A stretch of DNA of 64,000 bases from Candidatus Marinacidobacterales bacterium (GTDB taxonomy: Bacteria; Acidobacteriota; Vicinamibacteria; Marinacidobacterales; DATDRI01), in contig OZ245365.1 in the NCBI GenBank assembly GCA_965226495.1, positions 1,760,001 through 1,824,000 on the forward strand. The letters run 5' to 3'. A model generated the notes under the pieces. The model did no database searches, was not told the origin of the DNA, and worked only from the letters and a program-made list of their open reading frames with translations. How positions within the stretch are numbered: position 1 is the first letter of the stretch; every line of letters starts with the position of its first letter. Both the position numbers and the translations under genes were made by a program. Of the stretch, positions 40,359 through 50,649 are shown in pieces.

Positions 40359-43300
40359 TTAGACTTTTTCCATATTGACCAGGAACCCCTTGTACTCCGG
40401 AGTCCCCGAATTGGGATCGAAAACCGAGGGCGTGAGATTGTTCACCAGGGGCCCTTTGACCCTGCCGACGAAACCCCAATGAATGGGTAGCCCGATCTGA
40501 TAGATCGCTCGTCCGTTGACCCGCAGTGTGCGTATACGTTTAGTCACCATGGCCGGGCCTTCAACCGATCCGCGTGCAGAGCTGACACGTACGAGGTCGC
40601 CGTTCTCGATTCCCTTATCGCGTGCCAGATCGGCCGGCACCTCGACGAAAAAAGTCGGTTGAAGCTGCGAGCTCGAGCTCACGTGCTTCGTCCAATAATG
40701 AAAGTGCTCAGTCAAGCGGTAGGTGATTGCGACGTAAGGGAACTCGTCCGCAGAGCCCATCGAATCGAGGTCCCCACTCATTACGGTAGCCATGGGGTTC
40801 GAGCTCACCCCGGGATGCATCGGGTTCTCGACGGGCGACTCCGCCGGCTCATAGTGCTCGGGAAAAGGACCCTCAACAAAATCGGATGCGAACAATTTAG
40901 CAACACCTTCAGGGAGCATGATGAAGGAGCCTAAGCTCTCGGGTGCGCCGTCGGCCTTGTAGTCCGGCACGTCACCCACCCAACGACCATCGGCCCAGCG
41001 AATCGGAGCTCGCAGTGGATCCCAAGGCTTGCCTTTTTCATCGGCGGAGGCGCGGTTATAAAGGATGCGCCGGTTAGCGGGCCAGCTCCAACTCCAGTTC
41101 GCATAGAGTCCGAGCCCGGTGGGATCTTCTTGGCCGCGGCGAGCCATCTGGTTTCCAGCTTCGGGAAACGAGCCCGAATAGAGCCAGTTGCCGCAAAGCG
41201 TCGAACCGTCATCCTTCAGCGCGCCGAAACCCGACACCTGACGACCGCTTGCGACCTCACTCCCGTTGATCTCTTTCGCCACTTCCGTGAGATCGGGGGA
41301 CGTCGGGTTCGCGTAGTCCCAGGCGACGGAGAGGACGGGCTCGGGTGCTGTGCCTCCCTCGGTCTCATAGAGCTTTCGGATGGCGAGGAAGAGCCGAGCG
41401 ATGATTTCTTGATCGTCCCGCGCTTCTCCCGGTGGGGGAAGAGCGGCGTTTTTCCACTGGAGCCAGCGAGACGAGTTCACGAACGTGCCGTCTTTTTCTG
41501 CGAAGCAGGAAGCGGGGAGCAAGAACACTTCCGTCTCGATCGCATCGGGGTTCTTCGCGGACGGATAGTCCTTTTCCGCCAGCTTTCGGACGTTCCAGAA
41601 AGACGACGTCTCGGTGTCGAAGTTCTCGACGACGAGGAGCCATTTGAGCTTTCCGAGAGCATCGATCATCTTCGGCGTGTTGGGACCATTCGCCACCGGG
41701 TTCATCCCGAACGAGATCATGCCCTCGATCTTGCCAACCGCCATCTGATCGAAGAAGTGGCCCCAGCTATAGTTCGCCCCTTCGCCAATTTTGGGCAGGT
41801 AGTGGTAGCCGAACTCGTTTCGGGATGTCGCCGCTTTCCCGTAGTAGGCCTTGAGCAGGCTTACGAGGAACTTGGGCGTGTTGGCCCAATAGTTGAGAGA
41901 CTTCGGACGCTTCGCTCGCGGGGAGTTCGCTTGGTTGTAGGCCTCGAGCGAAGTCCACTCCGAGCGAGGAACTTTGAGATAGCCCGGCAGCATGTTCCAT
42001 GCGCCCATGTCGGTGGCACCCTGGATGTTGGAATGCCCCCGTTGGGCGTTCACGCCACCGCCCGGCATCCCGATATTCCCCAGCAGGAGCTGAAGCATGG
42101 CCGCGCCGTGGATGAGTTGCACAGAGTGGCTGTGCTGTGTCCATCCGAGAGCGTACAGAATCGTTCCCGTGCGTCCGGCACGACCCGTGGAGCAGATGAT
42201 CTCCGCCGCTCCTTTGAATTCCTCTGCCGAACAGCCACAGACCGAGGCGACCGTTTCTGGGGTATAGCGGGAGTAGTGTTTCTTCAGAAGCTGAAACACG
42301 GAGCGAGGGTGCTCGAGACTCGGGTCGACTTTCGCATGGCCCTGAGCGTCATTCTCGTACTCCCAAGTAGATTTGTCATAGGACCGTTTGTCCGCGTCCC
42401 ACCCCGAGAAGTACCCGTTCTCGAACGAGAAGCCGTCTTCCACGATGAAGGGGGCGTTGGTGTGAAGCTTGACGTAGTCCTCGTGGTAGAGCCCATTCTC
42501 GAGCGCGTGGTTGATGAGTCCACCGAGAAACGCGATATCGGTTCCCGAGCGAATCGGCACGTAGGAGTCGGACACAGCGGCGGTCCGGTTGAAGCGGGGA
42601 TCGATACAGACCAGCTTCGCTTTTCTATTCCGCTTGGCTTCCATGACGAAACGAAAGCCCACGGGATGGTTCTCGGCCGGGTTGCCGCCCATGACCAGAA
42701 CGACGTCCGCATTGGCGACATCCGTCCAGCCGTTGGTCATCGCCCCCCGGCCGAACGTGGCGGCCAGACTGGCCACCGTGGGGCCGTGTCAGAGACGGGC
42801 CTGATTTTCGTAGGTGACGATGCCTAAACCGAAGCGGAACTTCCCGAGGAGATAGTTGATCTCGTTGGTATCGGTGCAGCCGCCGATGAGCGCGATGTTC
42901 TCCAGCCGATTCACGGTGCGGCCGACAGCGTCCTTTTCTTCGAAGCCCGCGTCCCGAGTGTCCTTGATCCGCCGAGCCAGGCGCTCGATGGCGTCTTCCC
43001 ACGGGATGGGCTGCTACTCCGACGAGCCCGGGGCTCGATAGAGCGGCCGCGTGAGGCGCCTATCGTTGACGACGAATTCCTTGAGAGAGATTCCCTTGGA
43101 GCAAAGGGTTCCACGATTGATGGGACTCGCGGTATCGCCCTCGATGTGAACGACCGTCGGCTTGACGTTTTTCGCTCGGTCTCCGAGCGTATGGATCACG
43201 ACGCTGCAGCCGACCGCGCAATAAGGACAAACACTGGTAGTCTGGGTGGTGCGGGCGATCTTCAGCTCACGTGCTGCCGCGGCGGCCGGGCGAAGATCGA

Positions 43301-43373
43301 AGCCAAAGGTAGTAGTGAGAAGGGTGGCGGTACTGGTCTGAAGGAAAGTTCGACGGGATAGGTTGTTGGCCAT
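40359..43373 (-). CDS. fdnG: Selenocysteine formate dehydrogenase-N/O alpha subunit, with an extra in-frame TAG at 43014-43016
   Basis: Tat SRRTFL, CPYCAVGC...LCSKG, NQARL-U-HGPTVASL (TGA at 42789-42791), RGHSNIQG, TPEYKGFLV. All segments share one frame. Confidence 0.9.
42759..42777 (-). promoter_or_regulatory. Bacterial SECIS hairpin
   Basis: GGTGGCC-AGTCT-GGCCGCC, 11 nt after the UGA; fdnG-type. Confidence 0.85.
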
Positions 43374-43546
43374 GGCCCTCGATCGCGCTTGCACCACGCC
43401 GCTGATGGCGTGTCAACGCTTAGCGCGAAGCTCACCGGAGATCGGTCTTCGAAAAACAGCCACGATCTCCGACCCATGTCCCAATCTCTCTACTACCGGC
43501 CTCAGGGGCTCTGTCAACATGACGATCCACTTCCTATCGGCGATTC

Positions 43547-44179
43547 GTGGAACTTGCCTCTCCGGACCTACAGTCTCACATGCAACACGCGAGCCTGCGA
43601 ATCGCGGCTCTCGGGGCGAAGGTCGATGCTGCGGCTACTCCGTTACCGGCGGCGCCCTGGACTCCTCCGTCAGGGGGAGGAGGCGAGGCGTCGGTTCTCG
43701 TGGCGGGTCCAGGTACCGGGGAAGGCGAGCAGGAACTCTTCGCAAGGGCTCGCTCATTCGAGCAGGCCGGTCATTACGAAGAGGCGATCGATTGTTTGGA
43801 CCAGGCGCTGGCAATGGGTTGTCGTCCCAGCCCCTCACCCCAGCCCTCTCCCCAGAGGGGAGAGGGAGAAACGGAAGGAAGCCAGCATCGTCACGAGGCG
43901 GATGCTTGGTACATCCGCGGCTGTTGTCTCCAGCAGCTCGGAGAGCTCGAAGAAGCGATCGCTTCTCTCGATCGCTCCCTGGAGCTAGGCCCGAATCAAC
44001 CAGAAGCCTGGTACCACAAAGGTGTTTCGGAGCAACTCTCTAACTCCGATACCGAAGCCGCGAGATCTTTTGAAAAATTCCTGTCATTGGCGTCGCCCGA
44101 GGACCACGGAGCGTTGATCGAGGATGCCCGGCACCGCCAAAAGAAGCTATCGGCCGGTGCCGCCGCGCGGCCAAGCTAG
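43547..44179 (+). CDS. TPR-repeat protein with in-frame palindromic insertion; start uncertain
   Basis: YEEAIDCLDQAL, AWYIRG...LEEAIASLDRSLEL.P, EAWYHKG. Confidence 0.7.
   Translation: MELASPDLQSHMQHASLRIAALGAKVDAAATPLPAAPWTPPSGGGGEASVLVAGPGTGEGEQELFARARSFEQAGHYEEAIDCLDQALAMGCRPSPSPQPSPQRGEGETEGSQHRHEADAWYIRGCCLQQLGELEEAIASLDRSLELGPNQPEAWYHKGVSEQLSNSDTEAARSFEKFLSLASPEDHGALIEDARHRQKKLSAGAAARPS
43831..43866. repeat. Palindromic element inside TPR coding sequence
   Basis: cccctcaccccagccctctcccc-aga-ggggagaggg encodes PSPQPSPQRGEG. Confidence 0.85.
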
Positions 44180-44571
44180 AGGCTATTGGCCACGTAGCTC
44201 GTGAGCTCGCCCAGTCGGAAAGTGTAGCTCCCCAATGAATCCGGTGCGGGTATGTGTCTCCGACTAGCCGTTCCATGGACTCCTCCTCGAGATAGAAATG
44301 CCTATCTGCTGATAAAGGAAACGACGCGCATTTTTCCGCCGCTTGTCACGGAACTTGTACGCGGATCGGTAACCGTGCTAAGTGCTAGATAGTGATCGGC
44401 GGTGACCTTTCGTGACACTTAGTTCCCCCTCGGTCGCAGAACTCAAAATCCTTAGGTCGACGGTTAGAGGGCGGCCGACATACAAGGTCAGGCGGTGGGC
44501 TGGCCGTCAAATGGCACAATGGCAAACCAGGTACCGATCCTCTCAGTTCCTCGCGGACTTCAACCTGACAT

Positions 44572-46629
44572 ATGATGCGCCGAAACTTGATTGCCTTTAA
44601 GCGACTATCCCCGGTACTTGTCGCCGGAGTTGCGGTTTTCCTCGGCGTCCTCACGATCGGATCCTTTCCCCTCCATCTCGAGCGGGGCTCCGCGGCTTGG
44701 TCTCGTCTGGTCTACGGTGCTGGCCCCAAGGGGACGATCACGAACCGCGCTCAGCTTCGGCTGCCGGGTATCGACCGCGGGACAAGTGCGGAGATTCTCT
44801 TTCGACTCGGGGACGGCGAAGCACGACCCACGCTCGGCGTGTCGGTCGACGATAGCTCGGTGAGCTGGCTTCCCGCGAGTCGAGAGGGGGTGGTGTTGTT
44901 GACGCTGCCGAAAGCGTCGGTGCCTGGTGCGCGCGTTACCGTAACGCGCTTTGCCGGCGAGCCCCCACTGAGGATCCAAACGGTGGAGCTGACCCGAGTT
45001 GTCGAGCCGAGAATCACGACCGCCGTGCTCGCGTTCTTGCTGACCAGCGCCCTGACTTACTGCGTTCTCGCTTGGAAAGGCTCGTTGTTCGCCTTGGCGT
45101 TTGGACTTCTGACTGCCGCCGTGCTCACGTTCCTCAGTTCACCGGCGCTGTTGTGGCTGACGCTTCCGTCCATCCCCTCTGTTTGTCGTGTCGCCTTGAT
45201 GCTCGCCCTCTTCGCGACCAGCTTGAGAGTGGCCCAGCGACTCAAAAAGACCGAACGCGCGATCTTCTGGCAAAGCGGGGCTCTCCTCACGGCCGTCATC
45301 TTGGGGATTTGGGTGCGGCTCTTCTTTCTACCGTCTGCGGGATCTTGGGACGTTGAGTATTGGAAAGCCTGGACCGAGCGAGCGACGAACCATGGTGTGA
45401 CGCGAGTATACGGTGACCCGGATGCCGTTCCGCCGGGTCACTTCTTGCCGCAGCTCAGAGGAGAGGAGCCGCTGTGGCAAATGGAAAGCGCCGGACGTCG
45501 TTATCTGATCGACTACCCTCCCCTCAGCATGGTTTTCTGGAGAGTCGGCTGGGGCATCATGGAACCGCTCGCCGAGCTGGGTGCCTTCGATCGAACGGAA
45601 GCGCGGAACATCGCCGCGAAACTCCCCGCTGTCGCCGGGGACATCGGTGTCGTTTTGATCTTGTTCTGGCTTTTCAGGAAACATCTCCGGCGAGCCTTCA
45701 CGCTTGCGGCACTGTACTGGGTGCTACCCATCTCCTGGCTCAGTAGCGCCGTCCTGGGATTCCAGGATGAAACCTACGCACCCTTCGGCATGCTGGCGAT
45801 CGTGGCTGCCGGAATGGCCCGCCCGGTTCGCGCCGCCGCGTTGCTCGTCGGTGCCACGATGCTAAAGCTTCTCGGACTGATCGCAGCCCCTACGGTAGCG
45901 ATGGGCCTTTGGGCGAGCCGCGCTCGGTTGTGGCACGGGTTGGCGGCAGTAGCCGGTGTCGGTATTATCATATTGATACCGTTCGCCTGGGAAGGGACGC
46001 TTCCGGCGATGTCGGTCCAGCTGCTTCGTCAGCTGCGGCCCGGGAACCTATCGAGCGGCTTCCCCAACCCCTGGTGGATCGGCGGGCACGTGTTGGGAGT
46101 CTTATCGGGAACGACGGCGTCGGGGAGCGCGCTCGTTGCCTATTTCCCGTTGAGTCAGATCCCGTTTCCCATCGGGCGCATGGCCACATTTCTAGTGCTC
46201 GCGGCAGTCGCCTGGGTATGCTGGCAGCAACGACGCTACACGGGTTTTCAGACGGCGGCATGGTGTGGCGCCACGATCTTCTACTCCTACGCCATCCTAT
46301 CGGTCGGCGTTTTCGAGAATCACCCGCACCTGGCGTTTCCTTTGTTGTTCGCAAGCGGTCTGTGGTCTCGAAGAGCGCAAATCCTGTGCGCCGTTGGCAT
46401 GGTGAGCTTCCTCGTTAACTTGCTGATCGGATCCGGGCTCGGCCGGTTTTACGGCAATCGCTACCTGGTCCTAGAGCCTCTGGCCGACTGGCTCGCCGGC
46501 CTTCGCACCGCACCGGGCTTCGATTTCACTCTGGTTCTGGCGCTGGTCAACACCGCGATCCTCGTCGCGCTCTTCGTGTCCTTGAAGGGGGAGCTCGAAG
46601 CGCTATCGACAATCGAAGCGGTCCAATAG
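44572..46629 (+). CDS. GT-C fold multi-pass membrane glycosyltransferase (GT87/ALG-like)
   Basis: Many TM helices; D..YW loop, DYPP, KLP..AGD, G..D and ENH motifs. Confidence 0.7.
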   Translation: MMRRNLIAFKRLSPVLVAGVAVFLGVLTIGSFPLHLERGSAAWSRLVYGAGPKGTITNRAQLRLPGIDRGTSAEILFRLGDGEARPTLGVSVDDSSVSWLPASREGVVLLTLPKASVPGARVTVTRFAGEPPLRIQTVELTRVVEPRITTAVLAFLLTSALTYCVLAWKGSLFALAFGLLTAAVLTFLSSPALLWLTLPSIPSVCRVALMLALFATSLRVAQRLKKTERAIFWQSGALLTAVILGIWVRLFFLPSAGSWDVEYWKAWTERATNHGVTRVYGDPDAVPPGHFLPQLRGEEPLWQMESAGRRYLIDYPPLSMVFWRVGWGIMEPLAELGAFDRTEARNIAAKLPAVAGDIGVVLILFWLFRKHLRRAFTLAALYWVLPISWLSSAVLGFQDETYAPFGMLAIVAAGMARPVRAAALLVGATMLKLLGLIAAPTVAMGLWASRARLWHGLAAVAGVGIIILIPFAWEGTLPAMSVQLLRQLRPGNLSSGFPNPWWIGGHVLGVLSGTTASGSALVAYFPLSQIPFPIGRMATFLVLAAVAWVCWQQRRYTGFQTAAWCGATIFYSYAILSVGVFENHPHLAFPLLFASGLWSRRAQILCAVGMVSFLVNLLIGSGLGRFYGNRYLVLEPLADWLAGLRTAPGFDFTLVLALVNTAILVALFVSLKGELEALSTIEAVQ

Positions 46630-46633
46630 AACC

Positions 46634-48757
46634 TTGAAAGACAGATCCTTCCCTGTTGCCGTCACCGCCCTGGTGGGTGTCATCTCGCTCTACCTTTTGC
46701 GCCTCGACTTCCTGAGAATTCACGCTTTCGATCCCGACGAGTTTTATCACCTCCATAGCGCGTTCAATCTCTCGAAAGGACTCCTTCCGTATCGGGACTA
46801 CTTTGAGCAGCACACCCCGTGGTTCTATTTCCTGATGGCTCCACTGATCGATTTTGCCGCCGTCGACCTGAGTTTCGAACGTGCCAAGAGCTTCATCTTC
46901 CTCACCCGGATTTTGATGTGGCTCTCCACCGGCGCGATTTTCGTGATGACGTTCTGGCTGGCACGCCTATGGCGGGGAACGCGCGTTGCCTGGATCGCAG
47001 CACTTTGCCTGAGCCTCTTTCTGACCTTCCTCGACAAATCGATCGAGATTCGCCCCGACGTTCCCTCGGTCGCCTTGCTGCTGGCGGCGATCGCCTTCTT
47101 GCTGATGGGTATCCGTTCGAGGGATGCGGTGTCATCGCGCACGTCGTGGCTTTTCACCGGCAGCGGTCTGTTCCTCGGGATCGCATTGATGTTTCAGCAG
47201 AAGATCCTCTTCGTCATGCCGGGGTGGTCGGCGGCCATGCTCTGGTACCTCTTCGATCCCCGCGCCCACGATGGAGAAGGAGCTCCGGGGCTCAGGCTGA
47301 AGCATGCGCTCTGGCAGTTTTTGGCCTTCTGCACCCCAGTGCTGCTCACCCTGGGGTACTTCGCGCTTCATAACGCGACCGCCGAGTTCGTGGAGTACAA
47401 CCTACTGTTGAACCTGCGCTACCCCCACAAGGTGGGTTTCTCAGCGATGCCGTCTGTGAAACTGCTCTTGCGACAGAACCCGATTGTGGTCGCGTTGGGC
47501 CTCGCCGGCCTTCTGCGCGCCCTCATCTTTATGTTCCGTGGAGACCGCTTCCGAGAGGGCGACTTCGCTCCGGTCCTCATCGCCTCGGCGCTCGTCGTGG
47601 GGCTCTTCATCTTTCCGACCCCGAATCGGCAGTACTACCTGATGTTACTCCCGCTGCTGGCGATCTTCGCGGCGACCGCTATCGTCCACTCGCTCGACTT
47701 CGCGGCGAACCAGCTCGAGCGTGGCGAGAAACCTGACGGGGCGTCGTATCCTGTGGAGGACCTTTTCGGACTTCTCGTGCTCGTCGTCTTCGGCCTTACG
47801 TTATTGGTAGCAAGGCCGTTCACCCCAAACGGGGCCCTGTATCTCGTGATGTGGATCACGGTGCTCGCCGGAGTCATCTGGTTGCTGCGATCTCGCGCCC
47901 GCGAATGGGCATTCGCGCTCTTCTTGGCGGCTCTTTGTGTCTATCCCGTTCAGCAGATGTTTCAGATTTGGTCTCCGCTCGACACGAAATACCAAGAGAC
48001 GCTCGACCAGATCCGGTGGGTCATGGAGAACACGGAGCCGACCGATCGGTTGATGGACGGCTTCACCGGACTCGGTGTTTTTCGACCCGACGCCGCTTAC
48101 CAATGGCTTCTCTTTCGGGACGCCCGCATGTGGATGAGTCGACGGCAATACGACACGTTCGTGGCCGGTCTCGAATCCGGAACGATCGCGCCAAAGCTGG
48201 TCTTCTTCGACGGCAACTTGCGACGCTTCTCCGATCGCGTCGCCTCGTTCGTTCGACAGAACTTCGAGCCAACGGGCCGTGGCGTTATCTGGAAACGAAA
48301 CGACATCTGGCTCGACCATGGACCCTATCAATTGAACGGACGGCTCGAGCTCGCCAAGCCGCCCACCGCGATCCTGGCGGGGCCCGGATGGTACGAGCCG
48401 GAAGAAGAAGATGGCATTAGCTTCCGTCGCTCACGGGGTCGCCGGTCTTGGCTCCGGGTCCCGCTGCGCACGCCGCGTCCCCTAAGAGTAACGATTCACG
48501 CCCGCCCGGAGTTCGCGGAAAGGCCGGTCCGGTTGAAGTTGGCGGTCAATGGAAAGCAGGTGCGAGGCACACGGGTTCTGTCGAGCGAGCTCGAGTGGCA
48601 AGACTTCGTCTTCACGGTACCCGCCTCGATCCTGAGATCGGGTGTCAACAGCTTTTTGCTCACCTACTCCCGCGTCCCCCGGCAAGCGGACCCAAGCTAC
48701 CGGGGTCGCAACACCGTCATCGCCGTCGACTACCTTCTCATCGTCCCGGCGGATTAG
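46634..48757 (+). CDS. GT-C fold glycosyltransferase (PMT/ArnT-like) with C-terminal periplasmic beta-sandwich domain
   Basis: DPDE, PYRDYFEQHTP, EIRPD, QYY; C-terminal GWYEPE...FR motif. Confidence 0.75.
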   Translation: MKDRSFPVAVTALVGVISLYLLRLDFLRIHAFDPDEFYHLHSAFNLSKGLLPYRDYFEQHTPWFYFLMAPLIDFAAVDLSFERAKSFIFLTRILMWLSTGAIFVMTFWLARLWRGTRVAWIAALCLSLFLTFLDKSIEIRPDVPSVALLLAAIAFLLMGIRSRDAVSSRTSWLFTGSGLFLGIALMFQQKILFVMPGWSAAMLWYLFDPRAHDGEGAPGLRLKHALWQFLAFCTPVLLTLGYFALHNATAEFVEYNLLLNLRYPHKVGFSAMPSVKLLLRQNPIVVALGLAGLLRALIFMFRGDRFREGDFAPVLIASALVVGLFIFPTPNRQYYLMLLPLLAIFAATAIVHSLDFAANQLERGEKPDGASYPVEDLFGLLVLVVFGLTLLVARPFTPNGALYLVMWITVLAGVIWLLRSRAREWAFALFLAALCVYPVQQMFQIWSPLDTKYQETLDQIRWVMENTEPTDRLMDGFTGLGVFRPDAAYQWLLFRDARMWMSRRQYDTFVAGLESGTIAPKLVFFDGNLRRFSDRVASFVRQNFEPTGRGVIWKRNDIWLDHGPYQLNGRLELAKPPTAILAGPGWYEPEEEDGISFRRSRGRRSWLRVPLRTPRPLRVTIHARPEFAERPVRLKLAVNGKQVRGTRVLSSELEWQDFVFTVPASILRSGVNSFLLTYSRVPRQADPSYRGRNTVIAVDYLLIVPAD

Positions 48758-48851
48758 CCGACCCTGCGTGTCGACAGGCTCGCTGTCGAGGAAGCGTTCC
48801 CTCGTCAACCTTTCCGCGAACTCTTCGAAGCTAAACTGGACATACTGGCTT

Positions 48852-49076
48852 ATGTGGAAGACAGACCGCGGTTCCCTGCTCTTTGGGACTGCTCTTGTCG
48901 TTACGCCCTTGGCCGGCGCGAAGCCGAATACTTTTACTAGTGATGATTGGAATCAGTGGAGGGGGCCCCATCGCGTCGGGGTAGTCGACAACTTGCCGTC
49001 GCAGGATTGGCCGAAGCGGGTCGAGCAGCTCCTCGTTCAAACTGCCATGTCCGGCCTTGGGCTCATAAAACAATGA
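48852..49076 (+). pseudogene. N-terminal remnant of a PQQ-like beta-propeller protein
   Basis: Signal-like segment followed by DWNQWRGPHRVG...WP, then a stop at 74 aa. Confidence 0.6.
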
Positions 49077-49472
49077 GATTGGACTCTGGATGAAATCGAA
49101 TTCGGGACAGGTTGATTGCCGCGCGGTGCAAGTAGCAGGCAAAGGCGATAGAGCGCTTCGGTGGCGCTGGGAGTGTGCCTGGACTTGGTCATGGTCGCTG
49201 GTGTATCGTCGTGACCGATCTCCGTTAGCCACGTATCTCATTCCATTGCCAACCAGGGACATGCCGGTACATTGGAGGTGGGTTTCACGACTGCTTGCCG
49301 TGTTCGACGGTGACATCAACGAGGCTCGCGGGCCGGCGAGACGTCGCCGACAGTTACCATGACCGTCAGACGATCCAGCGCTCTCGCGAGCGCACTAAGT
49401 CGATCAGGGAAGCGCTGCGGGCCCTCCGCTATCTGCGCTAGTTGATCTCGGTAGAGTAGGTCTTCGACGCAG

Positions 49473-50648
49473 ATGCGGCCACGGGAAGGAGAAGAAACGG
49501 GCGGGTCGACGTTAGACCTGCGTTGGCCCTTCGGCCGAGTTCTCCTCGGTTCCGTCGCCCTCTTGACACTGACGGTGGGCCTGGCCGAGATGACGGTCCG
49601 GCTGAACTGGGTCCGCTCTCGTCTGCCCGCGCCGACCCTGGTGGGCCACCAGTTCGTGGACGTGAAACTGGCCCGATTGTATTCGGTAAACGAGGAACAT
49701 GGTCCCTTGGACTGCATCGTCCTGGGAAACTCGAGCGTCATGGCCGCGATCGACCCGGAGACCCTTGCGAACGAGTATCGCCAACGAACCGGGCGCTCCC
49801 TGGAGTGCTTCAACCTGGGGATACCTGGACTCAACCTGCGCAGTGCCCGCTTGATCGGCGGATTGGTTTCGAAGCTCTACCGGCCGTCCCTTTTGATCGT
49901 CGGCCTGCCGGTCGGCCGGGGCCTAAGCCTCCAGACGGTGTTGCAGTCCAATCCGTGGCTTCGCTACCACTTTGGGAACCGAAATCTCAAGGGATGGTTG
50001 ATCGAGCACTCGCAAGCGTACCGTCACTACCTGCGCTTTCGCATCTGGCTCGAGCACCCCGCGCACTCGCGCCGCATCCAAGCACTGGAGGGGCGGATGT
50101 CACCTCTGGGCTACACCAATACCGGAATCAACGCGGTAATGCAGAACATCGACATTCCGCCCGATCCGCGCTTCCGGACTCCGATGGCGTTCCTTACCGA
50201 CTTCGAGAGGCTCCTTCACCTAACTCAACCGGGCCTGAATCTCGTCGGCTTTGATGAGACAATCGATCTGAGCCATCTGAACAACCCGCACCAGGACCCA
50301 GATGACTCTCTGGAGACCACCCTCCAGTTGCATCAGCCGGCGGTGGAGATGATCGTCATCGACATGCCTTTTCATCCCACCCGGTTGGCGTACCTCGGGC
50401 AACGCGTGGAGTACTACCGCACCTTCGTGGAGGAGGCTCGGCGGCGCGCGGCGTTTTGGGACGTTCCCTTCTGGGCGGGGGAAGAGGTTCTTCCGTTGGT
50501 TTCCGACGACAGCTGGAAGGACCGTGGCCATCTGAACTCCAAAGGTGCGGCGATCTTCAGTGGATGGCTGGGCGAGAGACTGGCACAGGCGGTCGAGCGA
50601 GGTGAGTTGCCGGCAGACCTTGGCGGTGGAACCACGAGGGGCAAGTAG
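49473..50648 (+). CDS. SGNH/DltD-AlgJ-like membrane-anchored protein
   Basis: N-terminal TM, LGNSS, FNLGIPG, DRGHLNSKGA; lies upstream of an MBOAT gene. Confidence 0.75.
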   Translation: MRPREGEETGGSTLDLRWPFGRVLLGSVALLTLTVGLAEMTVRLNWVRSRLPAPTLVGHQFVDVKLARLYSVNEEHGPLDCIVLGNSSVMAAIDPETLANEYRQRTGRSLECFNLGIPGLNLRSARLIGGLVSKLYRPSLLIVGLPVGRGLSLQTVLQSNPWLRYHFGNRNLKGWLIEHSQAYRHYLRFRIWLEHPAHSRRIQALEGRMSPLGYTNTGINAVMQNIDIPPDPRFRTPMAFLTDFERLLHLTQPGLNLVGFDETIDLSHLNNPHQDPDDSLETTLQLHQPAVEMIVIDMPFHPTRLAYLGQRVEYYRTFVEEARRRAAFWDVPFWAGEEVLPLVSDDSWKDRGHLNSKGAAIFSGWLGERLAQAVERGELPADLGGGTTRGK

Positions 50649-50649
50649 G

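Noticed and set aside
41130-42827. Long antisense ORFs (also 3157-4476, 52040-53554, 385-1545, 60568-61488)
   Set aside because: These are shadow frames of high-GC genes on the opposite strand, with no recognisable motifs.
28837-43016. Alternative genetic code (TAA=Gln or TAG=Trp/Pyl) to explain the internal stops
   Set aside because: TAA and TAG terminate many intact genes here at expected positions (e.g. 3055, 5865, 9055, 40359). Each internal stop is one transition from the expected codon, and no pyl genes are seen.
43385-43420. Sigma-70 promoter for fdnG (perfect TTGACA on minus)
   Set aside because: No acceptable -10 at 16-18 bp spacing (TGCAAG).
49320-49470. Possible ParE/RelE toxin fragment on minus (LAQIAEGPQRFP)
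   Set aside because: Similarity is too short, with no start codon or antitoxin.
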